From: Nitrospirota bacterium
Lineage (GTDB): Bacteria > Nitrospirota > UBA9217
Reading direction: 5' to 3'
DNA length: 23,951 bases
NCBI GenBank assembly: GCA_963840455.1
Contig: CAWIYV010000003.1
Coordinates: forward strand, 1 to 23,951
The position numbers were made by a program, and so were the translations under genes. Below are positions 6,965-16,513 of the stretch, one piece after another. The first letter of the stretch is position 1. Each line of letters starts with the position of its first letter. Below the pieces are notes generated by a model that worked only from the letters and a program-made list of their open reading frames with translations, did not search any database and was not told the DNA's origin.

Positions 6965-8941
6965 CTACAGTTTGCCTTTGACGAGGGAATCCACGACCGA
7001 CGGGTCGGCCAGCGTCGACGTGTCGCCGAGCTCGTCGACCTGGTTATGCGCGATCTTCCGCAGGATGCGCCGCATGATCTTGCCGCTCCGCGTCTTGGGC
7101 AGGCCCGGAGCAAACTGCAGCTTGTCCGGCGTGGCGATGGGGCCGATGACTGTCCGCACGTGGCCCACCAGGATCTTCTTCAGGTCATCGCTCGGGGTCT
7201 GGCCTTCCTTGAGCGTCACGTACACGTAGATGCCCTCGCCCTTGATGTCGTGGGGATAGCCCACGACCGCGGCCTCGGCCACGGCGGGATGGCTCACCAA
7301 CGCGGACTCCACCTCGGCGGTGCCGAGGCGGTGGCCGGAAACGTTGATCACATCGTCAACGCGGCCCATGAGCCAGTAGTCCCCGTCCTCGTCGACCCGC
7401 GCGCCGTCGCCGGTGAAGTAAACGCCCGGGTAGGTCGAGAAGTAGACCTCCTTGATGCGCTTGTTCTCGGGATCGCCGTAGGTGCCGCGCAGCATGCCGG
7501 GCCAGGGCTTCTCGATGACGAGCTTGCCGCCCTCGTTTACCTTGGCGGGCGTGCCATCGTCCTTGAGGACACGGGGAACCACGCCGAAGAACGGCCTTGT
7601 CGCCGAGCCGGGCTTGGTGGTCATGGCGCCGGGCAGCGGCGTGATCAGGATGCCGCCCGTCTCGGTCTGCCACCATGTGTCCACGATGGGAAGCTTCTCG
7701 CGGCCCACGTTCTTGTGGTACCACATCCAGGCCTCGGGGTTGATGGGCTCGCCCACGGAGCCGAGAACCTTGAGGCTCGACAGGTCGTGGTTCGTGACCC
7801 ATTTTTCGCCTTCCTTCATCAGGGCGCGGATGGCCGTCGGCGCCGTGTAGAAGATGTTCACGCGGTGCTTGTCAACGATGTCCCAGAACCGGCCCGGGTT
7901 GGGATAGCTCGGGATGCCTTCGAACATGAGGCTCGTGGCGCCGGCGGAGAGCGGTCCGTAGACGATGTAGCTATGGCCCGTCACCCAACCGATGTCGGCG
8001 GTGCAGAAGTGGATGTCCTCATCGTGATAATCGAAGATGTACTTGAAGGACAGGTTGGTATACAGCATGTACCCCGCCGTGGTGTGCAGCACTCCCTTGG
8101 GCTTGCCTGTGGAACCGGACGTATACAGGATGAAGAGCGGGTCCTCGGCGTCCATCTTCTCGGGCTCACAGTACAGGCCGATGCCGGGGGCATTCACTTC
8201 GTCATGCCACCACGTGTCGCGGCCCGGCTCCATCGGCATCTTTCCCGTTGCGCGCTTGACGACAATGACGTTCTTGACCGTCGGGCACTCGTTCAGCGCT
8301 TCGTCTGCGTTTGCTTTGAGCGCCACGAACTTGCCGCCCCGCATGCCTTCATCGGCGGTGATAAGCAGCGACGACTGGCAGTCCTGAATGCGATCGATCA
8401 TGGACTTGGCGGAGAACCCGCCGAACACGATGGAGTGGATGGCGCCGATGCGGGCGCAGGCCAGCATGGAGATCGCGAGCTCCGGGATCATGGGAAGATA
8501 GATCGTCACCCGGTCGCCCTTCTTGATCCCTTTCTTCTTCAGCACGTTGGCGAACTTGTTCACTTCCATGTACAGCTGCTGGTACGTGAAGGTCCGGTAC
8601 TCGCCTCCGTCGGCCTCCCAGATGAGCGCTGCCTTGTTCCGCGTAGCGTTGTTCACGTGCCGGTCGAGGCACTGCACCGACGCGTTCAGTTTCCCGCCCT
8701 GGAACCACTTGATGTAGGGCTTGTGGAAATCGTAGTCCAGCACCTTGTCCCATTTCTTGTACCACGTCAGGTTCTTCTCGGCCTGCTCGGCCCAGAACTT
8801 GTCCGGGTTCTCCACCGACGCCTTGTACATCTTCTCGTACTCGGCCATGCTCTTGATGTGCGCCTTCTCGCTGAAGGCCTTCGACGGAGGAAAGGTCCTT
8901 TTCTCCGTCGATAGTACTTCAATGCCCTTTTTCTCTGACAT
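6965..8941 (-). CDS. acs: acetyl-CoA synthetase (AMP-forming)
   Basis: [47 protein letters not shown]; AGGAGG RBS before ATG 8941. Confidence 0.97.
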   Translation of the reverse strand: MSEKKGIEVLSTEKRTFPPSKAFSEKAHIKSMAEYEKMYKASVENPDKFWAEQAEKNLTWYKKWDKVLDYDFHKPYIKWFQGGKLNASVQCLDRHVNNATRNKAALIWEADGGEYRTFTYQQLYMEVNKFANVLKKKGIKKGDRVTIYLPMIPELAISMLACARIGAIHSIVFGGFSAKSMIDRIQDCQSSLLITADEGMRGGKFVALKANADEALNECPTVKNVIVVKRATGKMPMEPGRDTWWHDEVNAPGIGLYCEPEKMDAEDPLFILYTSGSTGKPKGVLHTTAGYMLYTNLSFKYIFDYHDEDIHFCTADIGWVTGHSYIVYGPLSAGATSLMFEGIPSYPNPGRFWDIVDKHRVNIFYTAPTAIRALMKEGEKWVTNHDLSSLKVLGSVGEPINPEAWMWYHKNVGREKLPIVDTWWQTETGGILITPLPGAMTTKPGSATRPFFGVVPRVLKDDGTPAKVNEGGKLVIEKPWPGMLRGTYGDPENKRIKEVYFSTYPGVYFTGDGARVDEDGDYWLMGRVDDVINVSGHRLGTAEVESALVSHPAVAEAAVVGYPHDIKGEGIYVYVTLKEGQTPSDDLKKILVGHVRTVIGPIATPDKLQFAPGLPKTRSGKIMRRILRKIAHNQVDELGDTSTLADPSVVDSLVKGKL

Positions 8942-9038
8942 CGATGCTCCTCCTTCGTATGAACAGGTTAAGGGTCTCAAACCCTTGGAATGGTCCTCAG
9001 TTCCTCTGCGATGCGAAAAGGCAAAAGGCAACCTAGTT

Positions 9039-9128
9039 GCCGCGAAGGCGCCAAGAGCGCGAAGGAACTCCTGAATAATGCGTGTACGTCCCGTAGTTTT
9101 TCTTCGCGTCCTTCGCGTCTTCGCGGTT
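9039..9128. repeat. palindromic CGCGAAG-unit repeat, copy A
   Basis: GCCGCGAAGGCGCCAAGAGCGCGAAG (9039-9064) inverted against CTTCGCGTCCTTCGCGTCTTCGCGGTT (9102-9128). Confidence 0.8.
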
Positions 9129-9170
9129 CAATTCCTTGTCCGCGCTTCATCGGTATAATGCTTTTCCTCG

Positions 9171-10415
9171 CTACCGTTTCTCCACCAGCAGGCCGAGTTT
9201 CCCCGCCAGCCACTTCGTTGTCGTGGCCTGGATCAGGATCGTCATCAGGATGGCGATGAAGGTGAGCGATGCGATCGCCTGGCTGCCCGGGGCTTTCATC
9301 CCGACGAGCATGCCGGCCAGCGCTGCCGGGATAACGCCGGTCTCGCGGGTCCAGCACATGAACAGGAGTTCCTGCAGGCTCCACTTCGCCCTCCGGTCCG
9401 GACCGGCGCAGACAAAGACCGTTATCGGTCGCGCAATGAACATGAAAACGACGATTACCGCTATACCGCCAACAAGGTGTTTGCCGATCAGCCCGAAGTT
9501 CACGTGTGCGCCCAGCAGGATGAAGATGAACATCCGCATGATGAGCGACGTGGTCAGCACGAATTCTTCGAGCCTTTCCTCTTCATGGTCCTCCATGCGG
9601 AATCCGAAGACGTCCTTGTTCTCGAGCACGACACCGAAAACGAACACGGCCATGAACCCGCTGGCATGGAGGCCGTCGGCGCTGAGATACGCGCCGATCA
9701 CCGCCATGAGCGTAACGAGCGGTGCGTACTCCACAAGGAAATCATATTTCTCATGGGCGATCAGGAAGGCGGCGCAGTAGCCCAGCACGCCGCCGGCAAC
9801 GATGCCAAGGACCGACTCCCACAAGAGGCCAAAGAGCGCTTTCCCGATCGAAAAGCTTCCGGAACCCATGGCGATCCCGAGGATCGAGAAGGTGACGATC
9901 GCGCCCATGGCGTCATTGAACGCAGACTCGCTCATCACGGTCTGGGATACCCGGTCCTTGATGTGGATCTGCTTGAAGATGGGGACAAGCGTCGCCGGGT
10001 CCGTGGAGGCGATCGTGGCGCCCAGGAGCAACGAGATAATGAGCGGCGCGCCAAGGATGTAATGGGCCGCGAATCCCGTGATGGCCGTCATGATCAGAAC
10101 GCCTACCGTGGCGATCACGACCAGCGTGATCCACACCTCCCTAAGCACGCTCAGGCGAAGCGTTGCGCCTCCGTCGAAGAGAATGTAGCAGGAACCGAAG
10201 ATCAGGATGATCTGGTTCAGCGCCGAACTTTCGCTGATATCGATCATCGGGAGCACCTCGGGCCCGAGCAGGATCCCGGTCAGCAGGAACACCACCACAT
10301 CCGGGACCTTGAGCCATTGCGCCAGCAGGCCCGACAGCGAGCCCGCGGCAAGGATGATGCCGAAGACCAGCAGAACGTGTTTTGCGCTTTCGATCGAGGA
10401 GGAGGATTCCATCAT
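9171..10415 (-). CDS. NhaP-type cation:proton antiporter (CPA1)
   Basis: ILFDGG, ASTDPATLVPIF, ESAFNDAMG motifs; many TM helices; start at ATG 10415 or 10412 after GAGGGA. Confidence 0.92.
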   Translation of the reverse strand: MMESSSSIESAKHVLLVFGIILAAGSLSGLLAQWLKVPDVVVFLLTGILLGPEVLPMIDISESSALNQIILIFGSCYILFDGGATLRLSVLREVWITLVVIATVGVLIMTAITGFAAHYILGAPLIISLLLGATIASTDPATLVPIFKQIHIKDRVSQTVMSESAFNDAMGAIVTFSILGIAMGSGSFSIGKALFGLLWESVLGIVAGGVLGYCAAFLIAHEKYDFLVEYAPLVTLMAVIGAYLSADGLHASGFMAVFVFGVVLENKDVFGFRMEDHEEERLEEFVLTTSLIMRMFIFILLGAHVNFGLIGKHLVGGIAVIVVFMFIARPITVFVCAGPDRRAKWSLQELLFMCWTRETGVIPAALAGMLVGMKAPGSQAIASLTFIAILMTILIQATTTKWLAGKLGLLVEKR

Positions 10416-10518
10416 TCCCTCAACACAGAACGAGCACCGTCCCGCGATAGGGAAGCGATGCATCGTGCAACAGATACGAGTATAGCAGAAACAGGGCGCT
10501 ACCGCCCCTTCGTGCCGG

Positions 10519-10830
10519 TCATTTTGCCAGGGGTGGAGGTCCGAAGAACAGGATCAATGCGATCCGGATGATCACAATAAAGAAGAACGAAAAGAACGGT
10601 ATGCACCCGCCGATGGCCCCCCACATGGTCCCCTGCTTTTCCGGCGGGACTGCCGCAAACGGCACGATGGCCCGCACCACCCGGTACACCGGGTCCGTGA
10701 CCTTCCGGAACAGGCTTGAGATGACATTATCTTTTGCGGCAGAGATCAACGTCACCACCACCCTTCCCAGGATCATCCACATGACAAAGGAGAGTGTGTA
10801 GTTAATTATTTGAAATACGTATATGTTCAT
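10519..10830 (-). CDS. YggT-like small membrane protein
   Basis: Two hydrophobic segments flanking NVISSLFRKVTDPVYRVVRAIVP, a YggT-like TDP motif. Confidence 0.7.
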   Translation of the reverse strand: MNIYVFQIINYTLSFVMWMILGRVVVTLISAAKDNVISSLFRKVTDPVYRVVRAIVPFAAVPPEKQGTMWGAIGGCIPFFSFFFIVIIRIALILFFGPPPLAK

Positions 10831-10878
10831 GGATTATTTGAATTCCCTTTGCCCCTGCATGGATAGATAAGACTATGT

Positions 10879-10965
10879 CACCACGAAGTCGCGAAGAGCA
10901 CGAAGAAAATTCTCTGTCTGAAACCAAACGACATAAATCTTCGCAACCTTTGCGCCTTGGCGGTT
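10879..10965. repeat. palindromic CGCGAAG-unit repeat, copy B
   Basis: CACCACGAAGTCGCGAAGAGCACGAAG (10879-10905) inverted against CTTCGCAACCTTTGCGCCTTGGCGGTT (10939-10965). Confidence 0.75.
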
Positions 10966-10992
10966 CTAAAGTTACCTGGCAAGATTCCTTTC

Positions 10993-11035
10993 AGAGAAAG
11001 AAGGCAGGCATCCCCGCCCATGCGGGGATGCCTGC
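10993..11035 (-). terminator. intrinsic terminator after the symporter gene
   Basis: Perfect 14-bp stem GCAGGCATCCCCGC/GCGGGGATGCCTGC with a 4-nt loop, followed on the minus strand by CTTCTTTCTCT. Confidence 0.75.
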
Positions 11036-11052
11036 GAATATGAACAATATGC

Positions 11053-13050
11053 TTACTCTTGAGCTGCCTGCGACGCACCCTTCGGGATGCGGACGCTCTC
11101 GACGAAGTCCTGCAGCTCCTGGCTCGGCGGCGCCGTCATGCGCGACACCGCATAGTTTATGATGAATCCGAGCGGAATGCCGAAGAGACCGGACGAGATG
11201 GTCTTGATGCCCCAGATGTCGAGGCCATAGAACCGGCTGCCGATCATGTAGCCGACGCAGGAAAGGAAGCCTACCCACATTCCGGCGAGCGCGCCTGCTT
11301 TGTTGGCCCGTTTGTCCCAGATGCCCATGACCAGCGCCGGGAAGAACGAGGCCGCGGCGATGGAGAATGCCCAGGCAACGAGTTCCACGATGATGGTGAG
11401 CTTGAAGGTCGCCACCCACGCTGCGATAAGTGCCGTGACCACCAGCAGGGTGCGCGAGATCGCCAGCCGCCTGGTGATCGACGCGTGCTGGTCGATCATC
11501 TTGTAGTACAGGTCGTGCGACAGCGCGTTCGAGATGGTCAGAAGCAGACCGTCTGCTGTGGACAGGGCCGCAGCCAGACCGCCTGCTGCCACGAGGCCGG
11601 AGATCACATACGGCAGACCCGCGATCTCGGGCATGGCCAGCACGATCGCATCAGGCAGGATCGTGAACTCATAGAACTGCAAGATGCCGTCGCCGTTGAT
11701 GTCCGTGAAGGACACCAGGCCGACCTTGCCCCAGTTCGCGATCCACGATGGCAGCTTGTCGATCGGCAGTCCGATGACGTTGTGCAGCACTTCATACCTG
11801 CCGAAAGCGGCGACCGCCGGCGCAGTGAAGTAGAGCAGGAATATGAAGAACAGCGACCATCCCACGGACATACGCGCGTCCTTCACCGACGGAACGGTGT
11901 AGTACCGCATCAGGATGTGAGGCAGGCCTGCGGTGCCCACCATGAGGCAGAAGGTGAGCGCCAGCATGTTCTTGGCGTCAAGCCGAGCGAACGGCTCGAG
12001 GTAAGGCTTGATCGGCTTGGACTTGCCTGCCGCAGTTCCCTTGGCAGCGGTCCACTTTTCCTTCGCTTCGTCAGCGGTCTTCGGGAGCGCAGCCAGAGCT
12101 TTCTCAAGCTTAGCTTTATCATCAGTGTTCGCAGTTGCCGCGATCTTTGCGTTCAGGTCAGCCTTCTTTGCGTCAAGGCTGCCGGGCAGACCCTTGATGT
12201 CAGCATCGAGATCAGCGGCCTTTTGCTTCCAGAGGCCCATGACCTCCTGTTCCTTCGGGCTCGCATTGATCGCCTTCTCCTGAGTGTCGATCTTCTGGAG
12301 CGCCTGACCATAGGCGATCTCGGAGATCGGATTGCCCGTGACCTTGTAGGACATCACTGTAGGCGGGATCAGGTAGGCCACGATCAGAATGATGTACTGG
12401 GCCACCTGTGTCCAGGTGACGGCCTTCATACCGCCGAGCATGGAGCAGACCAGGATGCCCGCGAGGCCCACGAACACGCCGACGGAGAAGTCGAGGTTCA
12501 GGAACCGGCCCATGATGATGCCCACGCCCGTTACCTGCGCGATCAGGTAAGTAAAGGACGCCGTGATGGCGGCGATGATGCCGATGGAGCGGGCAGCGTT
12601 GCCGCCATACCGGGCGCCGAGGAAGTCAGGAATGGTGTACTGGCCGAACTTCCGGAGGTAGGGGCCGAGGAACACGGCGAGCAGCACATAGCCGCCGGTC
12701 CAGCCCATGATGTAGGCGAGGCCGTCATAACCGAGGCCGAAGATGGTGCCGGCCATGCCGATGAACGAGGCCGCGGACATCCAGTCCGAGCCGGTCGCCA
12801 TGCCGTTGAAGAACGCCGGCACCGAGCGGCCGGCAACATAGTATTCCGAGACCTTCGCCGTGCGCGACATGATGCCGATCGCGGCGTAGAGACCTATGGT
12901 CACACCCATGTACACGTAGCCGATGGCCTTCGGGGACATGCCGAATGCAGCCTCGCTTATCCCGAGCGCGATCACGAATACGATGAACCCGACGGTATAG
13001 ATCCCGTAGATCTTGCCAAGGTTGTCAAGAAATCCGCCTTTAAAAGCCAT
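11053..13050 (-). CDS. actP: sodium:solute symporter, ActP/VC_2705-type acetate permease
   Basis: NGMATGSDWMSAASFIGMAG, GTAGLPHILMRYYT, AAALSTADGLLL; neighbours acs and DUF4212. Confidence 0.88.
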   Translation of the reverse strand: MAFKGGFLDNLGKIYGIYTVGFIVFVIALGISEAAFGMSPKAIGYVYMGVTIGLYAAIGIMSRTAKVSEYYVAGRSVPAFFNGMATGSDWMSAASFIGMAGTIFGLGYDGLAYIMGWTGGYVLLAVFLGPYLRKFGQYTIPDFLGARYGGNAARSIGIIAAITASFTYLIAQVTGVGIIMGRFLNLDFSVGVFVGLAGILVCSMLGGMKAVTWTQVAQYIILIVAYLIPPTVMSYKVTGNPISEIAYGQALQKIDTQEKAINASPKEQEVMGLWKQKAADLDADIKGLPGSLDAKKADLNAKIAATANTDDKAKLEKALAALPKTADEAKEKWTAAKGTAAGKSKPIKPYLEPFARLDAKNMLALTFCLMVGTAGLPHILMRYYTVPSVKDARMSVGWSLFFIFLLYFTAPAVAAFGRYEVLHNVIGLPIDKLPSWIANWGKVGLVSFTDINGDGILQFYEFTILPDAIVLAMPEIAGLPYVISGLVAAGGLAAALSTADGLLLTISNALSHDLYYKMIDQHASITRRLAISRTLLVVTALIAAWVATFKLTIIVELVAWAFSIAAASFFPALVMGIWDKRANKAGALAGMWVGFLSCVGYMIGSRFYGLDIWGIKTISSGLFGIPLGFIINYAVSRMTAPPSQELQDFVESVRIPKGASQAAQE

Positions 13051-13051
13051 T

Positions 13052-13333
13052 TTATTCTTCCTCCTCTTCCACGCCGTATTCCTTGTCAGCCGCGTTCATC
13101 TTGAAGGCATACCAGAAGATCAGGATCACGAAGATGATCAGCGAACCCTGCGCACCCATGTAGTAGCCGAAGGGGAATCCGGCAATCACGATGTTGTTCA
13201 ACAGCGGCGTGAAGAAGATCGCCACGTAGGTCACCACGAACCAGATGACCATGATGATCGTCGTGAGCCGTATGTTGAACGCCCAGTACGCTTTTAACTT
13301 CTCTTTATCAAGGCCTTTTAATTCTTTAGCCAT
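13052..13333 (-). CDS. DUF4212/DUF485 small symporter-associated membrane protein
   Basis: AYWAFNIRL...GFPFGYYMGAQGSLIIFV...DKEYGV; AAGGAGG RBS; 1 nt upstream of the symporter. Confidence 0.9.
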   Translation of the reverse strand: MAKELKGLDKEKLKAYWAFNIRLTTIIMVIWFVVTYVAIFFTPLLNNIVIAGFPFGYYMGAQGSLIIFVILIFWYAFKMNAADKEYGVEEEEE

Positions 13334-13422
13334 ACTGCTTCCTCCTTACACTATGATAGGATGTAGATCAGTTAATCCTGGATACTGTACTGCAAACGTT
13401 TTTTCCCTCTCACCTCCTCCCT

Positions 13423-14091
13423 TTATGGTTTCGCGATCCGCAGCAGGTCCTTCACGGTCCTGACGCCGAGCCCCGGCAACAGGCTTAAGAACCTCTGAAA
13501 GAGCTGCGCCGTTATGAACGCATCCATGAGCGCGTTGTGCGCCGCGGAAACCGGTATATGATATTTTTTAGCCATGCTGAACAGGTCCTTGTTCTCCTCA
13601 CAGGTATCGTACTGACTGCGCGATCCCCTGCTGTGGTCCTGCATCCATCCATGGATCTGCAGGGTGTCCGCAACAGGCTGTGGGAACTTTGTATTATGAA
13701 GCCGTTTCATCTCCTTGTTCAGGAAGCCCAGGTCCAGGGACAGGAAGTGCCCCACCACTACTGCGCCCTCACAGAACTTTAACAGGTCCCCGATCACTTC
13801 CCCGATGACTCGTTTGTCTGCCACGTCCGACGGCGTGATGCCGTGGACCACGATGCTTGCGGACCTGAGCGCCGTCTCGGGGCTCACCATCTCATAGAAG
13901 GTCTCGCCCAGAAGGATCCTGCCGCCCTGCATCCCCACAGCCCCTACCGAGACGATGGAGTCCTTCCTGAAGTCCAGCCCCGTGAGCTCCGTGTCCATGA
14001 CCACATATCGGGCCGCTTCAATGGGCACCGCAAGGTCGACGCCGGTGTTAACGGCCGGCCTGCGCATGAACAGCCCCATCAGGTTGTTCAC
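13423..14091 (-). CDS. DEDDh 3'-5' exonuclease-family protein
   Basis: ExoI VVMDTELTG, ExoII GHFLSLDLGFL, ExoIII HNALMDA; GTGA overlap with the upstream gene. Confidence 0.92.
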   Translation of the reverse strand: MNNLMGLFMRRPAVNTGVDLAVPIEAARYVVMDTELTGLDFRKDSIVSVGAVGMQGGRILLGETFYEMVSPETALRSASIVVHGITPSDVADKRVIGEVIGDLLKFCEGAVVVGHFLSLDLGFLNKEMKRLHNTKFPQPVADTLQIHGWMQDHSRGSRSQYDTCEENKDLFSMAKKYHIPVSAAHNALMDAFITAQLFQRFLSLLPGLGVRTVKDLLRIAKP

Positions 14092-16004
14092 CCCCCGACC
14101 ATGCCGGGCCCGTACTGGTTGATGATGCCGTCCTGCACCGACGTGATGACCTGGAACGATTCCTTCAGGATCCGCTTTTCCAGGTTGCTCAGGTTTCTTG
14201 GATTGATGAAATTGTCGGGCGGCTCTCCGCGCTCGATCTGCCCCACCTGGTGGTGGATCCGGAGCAGGGTGATGAACTCGAAGGCCTGCGCCAGTTCGCT
14301 CCCCATGGTGTCAATGGTGGGGTGTTTGCCCTTCATAGACTCGATGCGCTCGAGCGTCGAGGTCTCGCTGACGCCGGACTCGAGAGAAAGGAGGCGGACG
14401 ATGTCCACGAGCGGCCCGATGCCCCGCAACTTGAGGTTCAGCTCGTCCTTGTGCTCGCCGCCCTTCTCCACGATGAAGGTGCGGAAAAAGCCGAGCGGCG
14501 GCCGGTTCCTCGTCGTCGCCGCTGCCATGTGCGCGAGGAACAGGTTCTGCCCCTTCAGGCTCTTCATCAGGAACTCGCGCAGTTCGATGCCCAGGGCCTC
14601 CTCGCCGTAGAGCGGGCGGAAGTCGAAGAAGATCAGCGACCGCAGGATCGCGTCGGGTGTGGGGTGATGGATCCAGCCTGCGAAGTGCTTCTTCCAGACC
14701 GAAAGCGGCTGGCACCACTTGGGATTGCTCGCCATGTAATCCGCCGGGCAGAGCGGGAAGCCGCACTTCACCAGGCCGTCGCGCACATAGAGCGCGAAGG
14801 CGGAAAAGTACTTTTGCGCCGCCTCTTCCTGGACCGCGCCCGCTGGGTCCGCATAGACGATGGCGTTGTCCTGGTCGGTCTTGAAGGTCTGCTCTTTCCG
14901 GCCCTCGCTCCCGAAGGAGAGCCAGCAATAGGGCACCGGCGGCTTCCCGAATTTCCGTTCGGCGAACTCCAGCACTTTCCGCACCAGCCGGTCGTTCAGT
15001 TCGGCGATGATCTTGGTGATGTTGCTCGCCCGGGCTCCCTCCTTCAGCAGGAGTCCCACCACCCGGTTGATCTTTGCCGAGACCGGCACCAGCCCGTCGA
15101 TGCTCTCCTGGCTTTCCAGGTCCTTGGCAAAGGAGAGCGGGGACGAACCCTGCAGCAGCATGAGGTCGTGGTTCGAAAGGACCCCCTTGAGCCTCCCCTC
15201 CTTGATCACCAGGATGTGGTGGATGTTGTGCTTGATCATCTTGAGGACCGCTTCAAAACAGTAGTCCTTCACGTCCACGCGGATGAGCGGCAGGGTCATG
15301 ATGTCCTTGACCGGGTCGTTCACGCTCCGCCCGCGGGCAACCACCTTTTCCCGGAGATCGCGGTCCGTTATGATGCCCGCGGGAAGTCCGTTCCGGTCCA
15401 TGACGATCAGGCAGCTGATACGGTTCTTCGACATCTCCAGCGCGGCATCCCGGATCGTGGTGTCCGCCTCGACCGTGACCACGCCGGTGGTCGCGATATC
15501 GCCCACGGGCGTCGTGAACAGGAGATGGTCGCTGCTTCCGTAGAAGAGGCTCTTCGAGTGCATCTCCCGGTAGACCTTGTCCACGTACTTCGTGAAATGG
15601 CTCTGGAGAAAGTATTCGGTGAACGCCGGATTGGATTCGATCAGTTCAAGGATCTTTTCCCGCCCCAGGAGAAAACAGATGGTGTCCTCGAGGGCAACGA
15701 CCGTGGTCTTCTGGCGGTCCTGGCCCATGAGGGAGATGAGGCCGAAGGTGTCGCCCTCACCTCTATGGTCGATGATCACTTCTTCGCCGTTCTCGGTCCG
15801 CACCGAGACTATGACGCCGCCTTTCTTGATGATCCTGAGTGAGTCGCTCGCGGGGGTGTCCTGTTTCAGGATGACCGCGTCCTTGGGATAGAACTCGATG
15901 GTGAGGTTCTCCGCGACAGCCCGCAGGTCCGCTTCCTCCAGGAACTGGAAGGGGGGCACGTTCTTCAAAAATACAACGATGTCCTCTGCAATGACGCTGG
16001 GCAT
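14088..16004 (-). CDS. cNMP-binding + CBS-pair + DUF294 nucleotidyltransferase protein
   Basis: N-terminal cNMP fold (PPFQFL...GDTFG), CBS pair (GIITDRDLR), NTase motif FGSEGRKEQTFKTDQDN, DUF294_C (PPLGFFRTF...NLKLRGIGPLVD). Confidence 0.93.
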   Translation of the reverse strand: MPSVIAEDIVVFLKNVPPFQFLEEADLRAVAENLTIEFYPKDAVILKQDTPASDSLRIIKKGGVIVSVRTENGEEVIIDHRGEGDTFGLISLMGQDRQKTTVVALEDTICFLLGREKILELIESNPAFTEYFLQSHFTKYVDKVYREMHSKSLFYGSSDHLLFTTPVGDIATTGVVTVEADTTIRDAALEMSKNRISCLIVMDRNGLPAGIITDRDLREKVVARGRSVNDPVKDIMTLPLIRVDVKDYCFEAVLKMIKHNIHHILVIKEGRLKGVLSNHDLMLLQGSSPLSFAKDLESQESIDGLVPVSAKINRVVGLLLKEGARASNITKIIAELNDRLVRKVLEFAERKFGKPPVPYCWLSFGSEGRKEQTFKTDQDNAIVYADPAGAVQEEAAQKYFSAFALYVRDGLVKCGFPLCPADYMASNPKWCQPLSVWKKHFAGWIHHPTPDAILRSLIFFDFRPLYGEEALGIELREFLMKSLKGQNLFLAHMAAATTRNRPPLGFFRTFIVEKGGEHKDELNLKLRGIGPLVDIVRLLSLESGVSETSTLERIESMKGKHPTIDTMGSELAQAFEFITLLRIHHQVGQIERGEPPDNFINPRNLSNLEKRILKESFQVITSVQDGIINQYGPGMVGG

Positions 16005-16047
16005 TAGGGCTCAATTTATTGAGGTACTGTGACAACGTGAAAAAACC

Positions 16048-16094
16048 ATTATATTTTGCATGCAATTATATTAAGTAAGCAAATAAAATACCAA
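16048..16094 (-). promoter_or_regulatory. probable promoter/operator of the acetate cluster
   Basis: Two TATAAT hexamers on the minus strand (16048-16053, 16065-16070), TTGGTA 18 bp upstream of the latter, and palindrome TTGCATGCAA (16056-16065) between them. Confidence 0.45.
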
Positions 16095-16513
16095 TTGAGC
16101 GAGAAATGTCATGGGTAAGGACGACGGGGAGTAAAGCGGAAGATGTAGAACGAGAAGAGGAGTGTTTAATGAAATTACACCGGACCGCAGCGTTATGCAA
16201 GAGTTCAGTGAATTGTGCTGAACCTATTGATGAATTGCGTCATATTCTTTTATTGTTGGGAACAACGGTGCCGGACTGTTCATATTGCCAGAACGAAGAA
16301 TTCATAAATGTTTTCCGTTTAAAAGACTGGATAAATTTAAACATTATATAATTATAGATTTAATTGTTCTTATATTGGATTATATTGATTTGTTGGAATT
16401 TTATGATGTTAGTAACTTCAGGTTACATACTGTTATCGACTTATGTTACCTTGTGTATCGATTGACATTCTCACTTCAAACTTAACTCCTCGTGCGTTTT
16501 TTTCAATTAATTA

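Noticed and set aside
6809-8914. 701-aa + strand ORF
   Set aside because: Antisense shadow of acs, expected from GC-rich codon bias; no recognisable motifs.
9477-10571. 364-aa + strand ORF; likewise 21140-22102
   Set aside because: Antisense to well-supported antiporter and DUF4912 genes.
11059-13104. 681-aa + strand ORF
   Set aside because: Antisense shadow of the symporter gene.
14250-15842. 530-aa + strand ORF
   Set aside because: Antisense shadow of the DUF294 gene.
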